A stretch of DNA of 24,672 bases from Chiloscyllium plagiosum. Taxonomy: Eukaryota. Shown here piece by piece: positions 20,082 through 24,672 of this stretch; within the stretch, counting starts at the first letter, position 1, and the number at the start of each line of letters is the position of its first letter. The position numbers were made by a program, and so were the translations under genes. The notes under the pieces were generated by a model, which was not told the DNA's origin, made no database searches, and saw only the letters and a program-made list of their open reading frames with translations. The stretch is taken from NCBI RefSeq assembly GCF_004010195.1, contig NC_057718.1, positions 96,850,138 to 96,874,809 of the forward strand, written 5' to 3'.

Positions 20082-22548
20082 CAGTCATACAGACATACAG
20101 CATGGAAACAGATCCTTCGGTCCAACCCGTCCATGCCGACCAGATATCCCACCCAATCTAGTCCCACCTACCAGCACCCGGCCCATATCCCTCCAAACCC
20201 TTCCTATTCATATACCCATCCAAATGCCTTTTAAATGTTGCAATTGTACCAGCCTCCACCACTTCCTCTGGCAGCTCATTCCATACACGTACCACCCTCT
20301 GTGTGAAAAAGTTGCCCCGTAGGTCTCTTTTATATCTTTCCCCTCTCACCCTAAACCTATGCCCTCTAGTTCTGGACTCCCCGACCCCAGGGAAAAGACT
20401 TTGCCTATTTACCCTATCCATGCCCCTCATAATTTTGTAAACCTCTATAAGGTCACCCCTCAGCCTCCAACAGCTCCAGCCTATTCAGCCTCTCCCTATA
20501 GCTCAAACCCTCCAATCCTGGCAACATCCTTGAAAATCTTTTATGAACTCTTTCAAGTTTCACGACATCCTTCCAATAGGAAGGAGACCATAATTGAACA
20601 CAATATTCCAAAAGTGGCCTAACCAATGTCCTGTACAGCCGCAACATGACCTCCCAACTGCTGTACTCATTACACTGACTAATGTTAAATGTCTTCAAGG
20701 CAGAGATTGATAAATTCTTGATCGCGCAAGGAATGAAAGGCTACTGGAAAAGTGAGGGTAAGTGTAAAGCATACCAAACGCCTTCTTCACTATCCTACCT
20801 ACCTGCGACTCCACTTTCAAGGAGCTATGAACCCGCACTCCTGGGTCTCTTTGTTCAGCAACACTCCTGAGGACCTTACCATTAAGTGTATAAGTCTTGC
20901 TAAGATTTGCTTTCCCAAAATGCATCTCACATTTATCTAAACTAAACTCTATCTGCCTACCTCGGCCCATCTGATCAAGATCCCGTTGTACTCTGAGGTA
21001 ACCATCTTCGCTATCCACTACACCTCCAATTTTGGTGTCCCTGAGACCATAATGGAAGTAAGGCCATTCAGCCCATCAAGCCCACTCTGCCATTTAATCA
21101 TGGCTGATGGGAATTTCAATTCCACTTACCCTCACTTTTCCACGAGATCAAGAATTTATCAATCTCTGCTTTGAAGACATTCAACATCCCGGCCTCCACT
21201 GCACTCTGTGACAATGAATTCCACAGGCCAACCACTCTCTGGCTGAAGAAATGTCTCCGCATTTCTGTTCTAAATTGACCCCCTCTAATTTTAAGGCTGT
21301 GTCCACAGGTCCTCGTCTCCCCGCCTAACGGAAACAATTTCCCAGCGTCCACCCTTTCTAAGCCATGCACTATCTTGTAAGTTTCTATTAGATCTCCCTT
21401 CAACCTTGTAAACTCTAATGAATACAATCCCAGGATCCTCAGCCGTTCATCATATGTTAGGCCTACCATTCCAGGGATCATCCGTGTGAATCTCCGCTGG
21501 ACACGCTCCAGTGCCAGTGAGGTGTGGGGCCCAAAATTGGACACAGTATTCTAAATGGGGCCTAACCAGAGCTTTAGAAAGTCTCAGAAGCACACTGCTG
21601 GTTTTATATTCCAAACCTTGAGATAAATGACAACATTACATTTGCTTTCTTAATCACTGACTCAACCTGCAAACCAACCTTTAGAGAATCCTGGACTAGC
21701 ACTCCCAGATCGCTTTGTACTTTGGCTTGATGAATTTTCTCACCACTTAAAAAATAATTTATTGCTTGTATTCTTTTTTCCAAAGTACAAGACCTCGCAT
21801 TTGCTCACGTTGAATTTCATCAGCCATTTCCTGGACCACTCTCCCTAAACTGTCTAAATCTTTCTGCAGCCTCCCCACCTCCTCTGTCCTGCCTGCCTGT
21901 CCGCCTAACTTCATATCATCAGTGAACTTCACCAGAATGCCCCCAGTCCCTTCATCCAGATCATTAATATATTAAAGTGAACAGCTGCAGCCCCAACACT
22001 GAGCCCTGTGGGACACCGCTTGTCACCAGCTGCCATTCCGAAAAAGAACCTTTTATTCCAACTCTCTGCCTTCTGTCAGACAGCCAATCCTCAATCCATG
22101 CCAGTTGCTCACCTCGAACACCATGGGCCCTCACCTTACTCAGCAGTCTCCCGTGAGGCACCTTATCCAAGGCCTTTTGGAAGGATCTGCAAAGTGTTAT
22201 CAGCAAACTTACTAACTATACCACTTATGCTAACATCCAAATCATTTATATATAATGATGAAACGTAGTGGACCCAGCATCGATCCTTGTGGCACTCCAC
22301 TGGTCACAGGCCTCCAGTCTGAAAAGCAACCTTCCACCACCAGCCTCTGTCTTCTACCTTTGAGCCAGTTCTGTATCCAAATAGCTGGTTCTCTTTGGAG
22401 TCCATGAGATCTAACCTTGCTTACCAGACTCCCATGGGGAACCTTATTGAACGCCTTACTGAAATCCATATAGATCACGTCTTCCACTATGCCCTCATCA
22501 ATCTTTGTTACTTCTTCAAAAACAACTCAATCAAATTTGTGAGACATC
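20082..22548 (-). mobile_element. CR1/HER1 LINE (middle layer), RT to 3' end, interrupted at about 20685-20766 and 21040-22183
   Basis: [17 protein letters not shown]...[11 protein letters not shown], then VQRDLDQ..HFGKAN..QRDPGV, then LVRPLLEYCVQLWSP and the tail. Confidence 0.88.
21040..22183 (-). mobile_element. CR1 LINE (inner layer, different subfamily), RT to 3' end
   Basis: FQKALDKVPHGRLL...SGVPQGSVLG and LERVQRRFTRMIPG...WNSLSQSAVEAG, with its own tail at about 21040-21120. Confidence 0.9.
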
Positions 22549-23589
22549 ATTGCCTATGCTCTAAAGAAAAAAGTCCTATCTTATTCAACCTGAGACCCTT
22601 GAGTCCTGGCAACATCCTTGCAAATTTCTTCTGCACTCTTTCCAGTTTAATAACATCCTTCCTATAGCAAGGGGACCAAAACTGGACACAATATTCCAAG
22701 TGCGGCCTCACCAACGTCCTGTACAACTACAACATAGCTTCTCAACTTCTATACTTCTATACTCAATGCCCTGACTGAAGGCCAGTGAGCCAAAAGCCTC
22801 ACTCACTGTGAGCTTGTATCCATCTTATCCAGACTCTGGTTTGTCCTTGAGTTCAAGATCTCCATTCTCCTTTTTGCCTATACAGATCCCAAAGCTCTGG
22901 TATTCTCTCTCTAGACATCTCTCAGTGTCCACTTCCTTCTTTACAATCTGTCCCTTTGACGAAGCTTCTGGTCATCAGACTCCACATCTCCCTAATGGGA
23001 CTCCGATGTTACATAACACTCCTGTGAAACAATGCCAGAGGCTTCTTGATGTTAAAGGCACCGGACGATTATAAACTGTCGCTGTTTCAATTTTCGAATG
23101 ACAGCGCATGAAAGCAAGCCTGATATAGAAAAATGGCAACATTTGTTCATTTTTATTCGCACACTCTTGTTTGCACGACTGGACTGCATTTCTGAAATGC
23201 CCGATACCACCAGACAACATGTCCAAAGCATCCTCATCGTGACAGAGCCTCAATAAAATCCATATGCTCACTGAAATCAGAGAACAGATACACTTATATC
23301 ATTAAATAACTGCCTCATTGAAGATTAGCTTATAAAGCACCTTTGACTACTTTTATGCTATTGTTAAATTTTAAAAATGTTACAAAAGCAAATCCCACAC
23401 TTTGCATTTCTGCAAAGTTTTACCCTGAACAAGCTTCCTACCGGATTATTTTACAAGAACTATCAAACACTAGCCCACTCAGCATGAGATTTATCTCCTT
23501 CATATCTCACCAGCGCATGTTACAGATATATATTTGTGGCAGAGTTTTTATTAAAATTACATGAAAAGACACGACACAGGAAATAAAAT

Positions 23590-23935
23590 TTTTAAATGAG
23601 GTTTCCCATTTAAGGGAGAGATCAGAGCTGAAAATGTGTTGCTGGAAAAGCGCAGCAGGTCAGGCAGCATCCAAGGAGCAGGAGAATCGACGTTTCAAGG
23701 CATGAGCCCTTCTTAAGGGAGAGATCAGCCAGTTTCTTCTCTCAGTGTATAGTTTGCCTTTGGGCATTTCTACAGAGCTGGGTCACTCAGCATTTCTGAT
23801 CGTGAGATAGGCAGATTTTCAACGGATAAGGGAGTCAAGGGTTACTGGGTTTAAGACAGAATGCCGAGTTAAGACTACGGTCGTTATTGAATGGCAGACC
23901 AGGCTCAAAGGGCCAAATATTCAACTCCTGCTTCT
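23590..23935 (+). mobile_element. Old CR1 3' fragment
   Basis: catttaagggagagat...ttcttctctcag...gagataggcagatttt...ttattgaatggcagaccaggctcaaagggccaaat. Confidence 0.7.
23626..23712 (-). mobile_element. 87-bp Penelope-like pLTR insertion, family D
   Basis: Perfect 16-bp duplication ttaagggagagatcag (23610-23625, 23713-23728). Minus strand starts gaagggctcatgccttGAAACGTC, the 3' part of a hammerhead. Confidence 0.85.
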
Positions 23936-24189
23936 GATGAGGCACAAGACTGAGGGATATTCAAGCAGAATCATCAAATGAAAAACAAAGGGGGGGAGAA
24001 AAATCACAGAGGTTTTCAGCTGCCTTCTTAGTGCAGTTGATTTTGCTGAAAAACAACCCCTTTTTGAACACACACTTGGCCCAAAATATTTTGAGGGCAA
24101 GCAGAAGACAGCTGAAGTAATGGAGGAAGAGTACCTGACCACAAACCTTTGTGAAAGTGCAGTCCCAAGGAAGTTCATAATTATGTCAC

Positions 24190-24303
24190 TTGGGCCCTTG
24201 TGCCATAGCGGTAGTATCTCTACCTCTGAGCCAGGAGGCCTGGCTTCAGGTTCCACCTGCTCCAGGGGTGTATTATAACATATCTGAACAGGCAGATTGA
24301 AAA
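24190..24303 (+). mobile_element. Short tRNA-derived SINE
   Basis: A-box-like gtgccatagcggtag, B-box-like ggcttcaggttcc, and a short 3' tail ending gattgaaaa. Confidence 0.6.
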
Positions 24304-24396
24304 CACTTATTATTTTGCATTCTCATATCCCAAATCTTCATGCATGTTCTGCGACAGGCAAAATACTTGAACGGGAGAAAATCTGCAACCTGCAGT

Positions 24397-24672
24397 GGGG
24401 CGGGGTGGGTGGGTGGAGAGGGCAGGCCACAAACGCTACAGGAAGGGGTCTAAAAGTTGAATTTGCAATGGGGTGGGCACGGCACCACGATTTCCAAAAG
24501 TGAGGCAGGGAAAGAAGTGCACATTTGAGCAGAGGGGCGGGGTGGGTGGGTGGAGAGGGCAGGCCACAAACGCTACAGGAAGGGGTTTAAAAGTTGAATT
24601 TGCAATGGGGTGGGCACGGCACCACGATTTCCAAAAGTGAGGCAGGGAAAGAAGTGCACATTTGAGCAGAGG
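24397..24672. repeat. 137-bp tandem repeat, two full copies plus the start of a third, running off the window
   Basis: Units start at 24397, 24534 and 24671. The first two differ at one base (ggggtCtaaa vs ggggtTtaaa). Confidence 0.95.

Larger units (their letters stand above)
19722..22806 (-). mobile_element. CR1 LINE (outer layer) split into 19722-20086 and 22550-22806
   Basis: ccctcagtc at about 20086 joins cctatgctctaaagaaaaaagtcc at about 22553, as in the uninterrupted copy at about 7285-7325. Confidence 0.8.

Noticed and set aside
22808..23271. Exon-like minus-strand segment (ttcag acceptor, gtgagt donor, GDVESDDQKLRQR peptide)
   Set aside because: Stops occur in all three frames across it, the donor lies at the end of a CR1 fragment, and it is upstream of exon 2, so it cannot be the TMX tail.
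24397..24672. CRISPR-like array
   Set aside because: Eukaryotic context, and contiguous near-identical 137-bp units without unique spacers.
1..24672. Strand bias of CR1 insertions relative to the host gene
   Set aside because: A rough count gives about 10 plus and 13 minus fragments, which is no meaningful bias.

Overview
Eukaryotic, repeat-saturated intronic DNA, almost certainly from a shark: it carries HE1/V-SINEs, HER1/CR1 LINEs and a Deu-domain SINE. The only credible host coding sequence is one 116-nt minus-strand exon (13970-14085) with the WCPAC active site of a TMX1/TMX4-family ER thioredoxin, most like TMX4 exon 2. Exons 1 and 3 were not found in the window. The rest is decayed, often deeply nested mobile DNA: CR1, Tx1-like, several SINE families, a Tigger/pogo-like MITE, and a 137-bp G-rich tandem repeat at the right edge. 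The most notable pattern is five asymmetric fold-back mini-elements from three Penelope-like families. They carry minimal hammerhead ribozyme motifs, and three have clear target-site duplications (TSDs). Most ORFs in the supplied track are repeat fragments or chance frames. Repeat family names come from recall, not from a database search, and most repeat boundaries are approximate.
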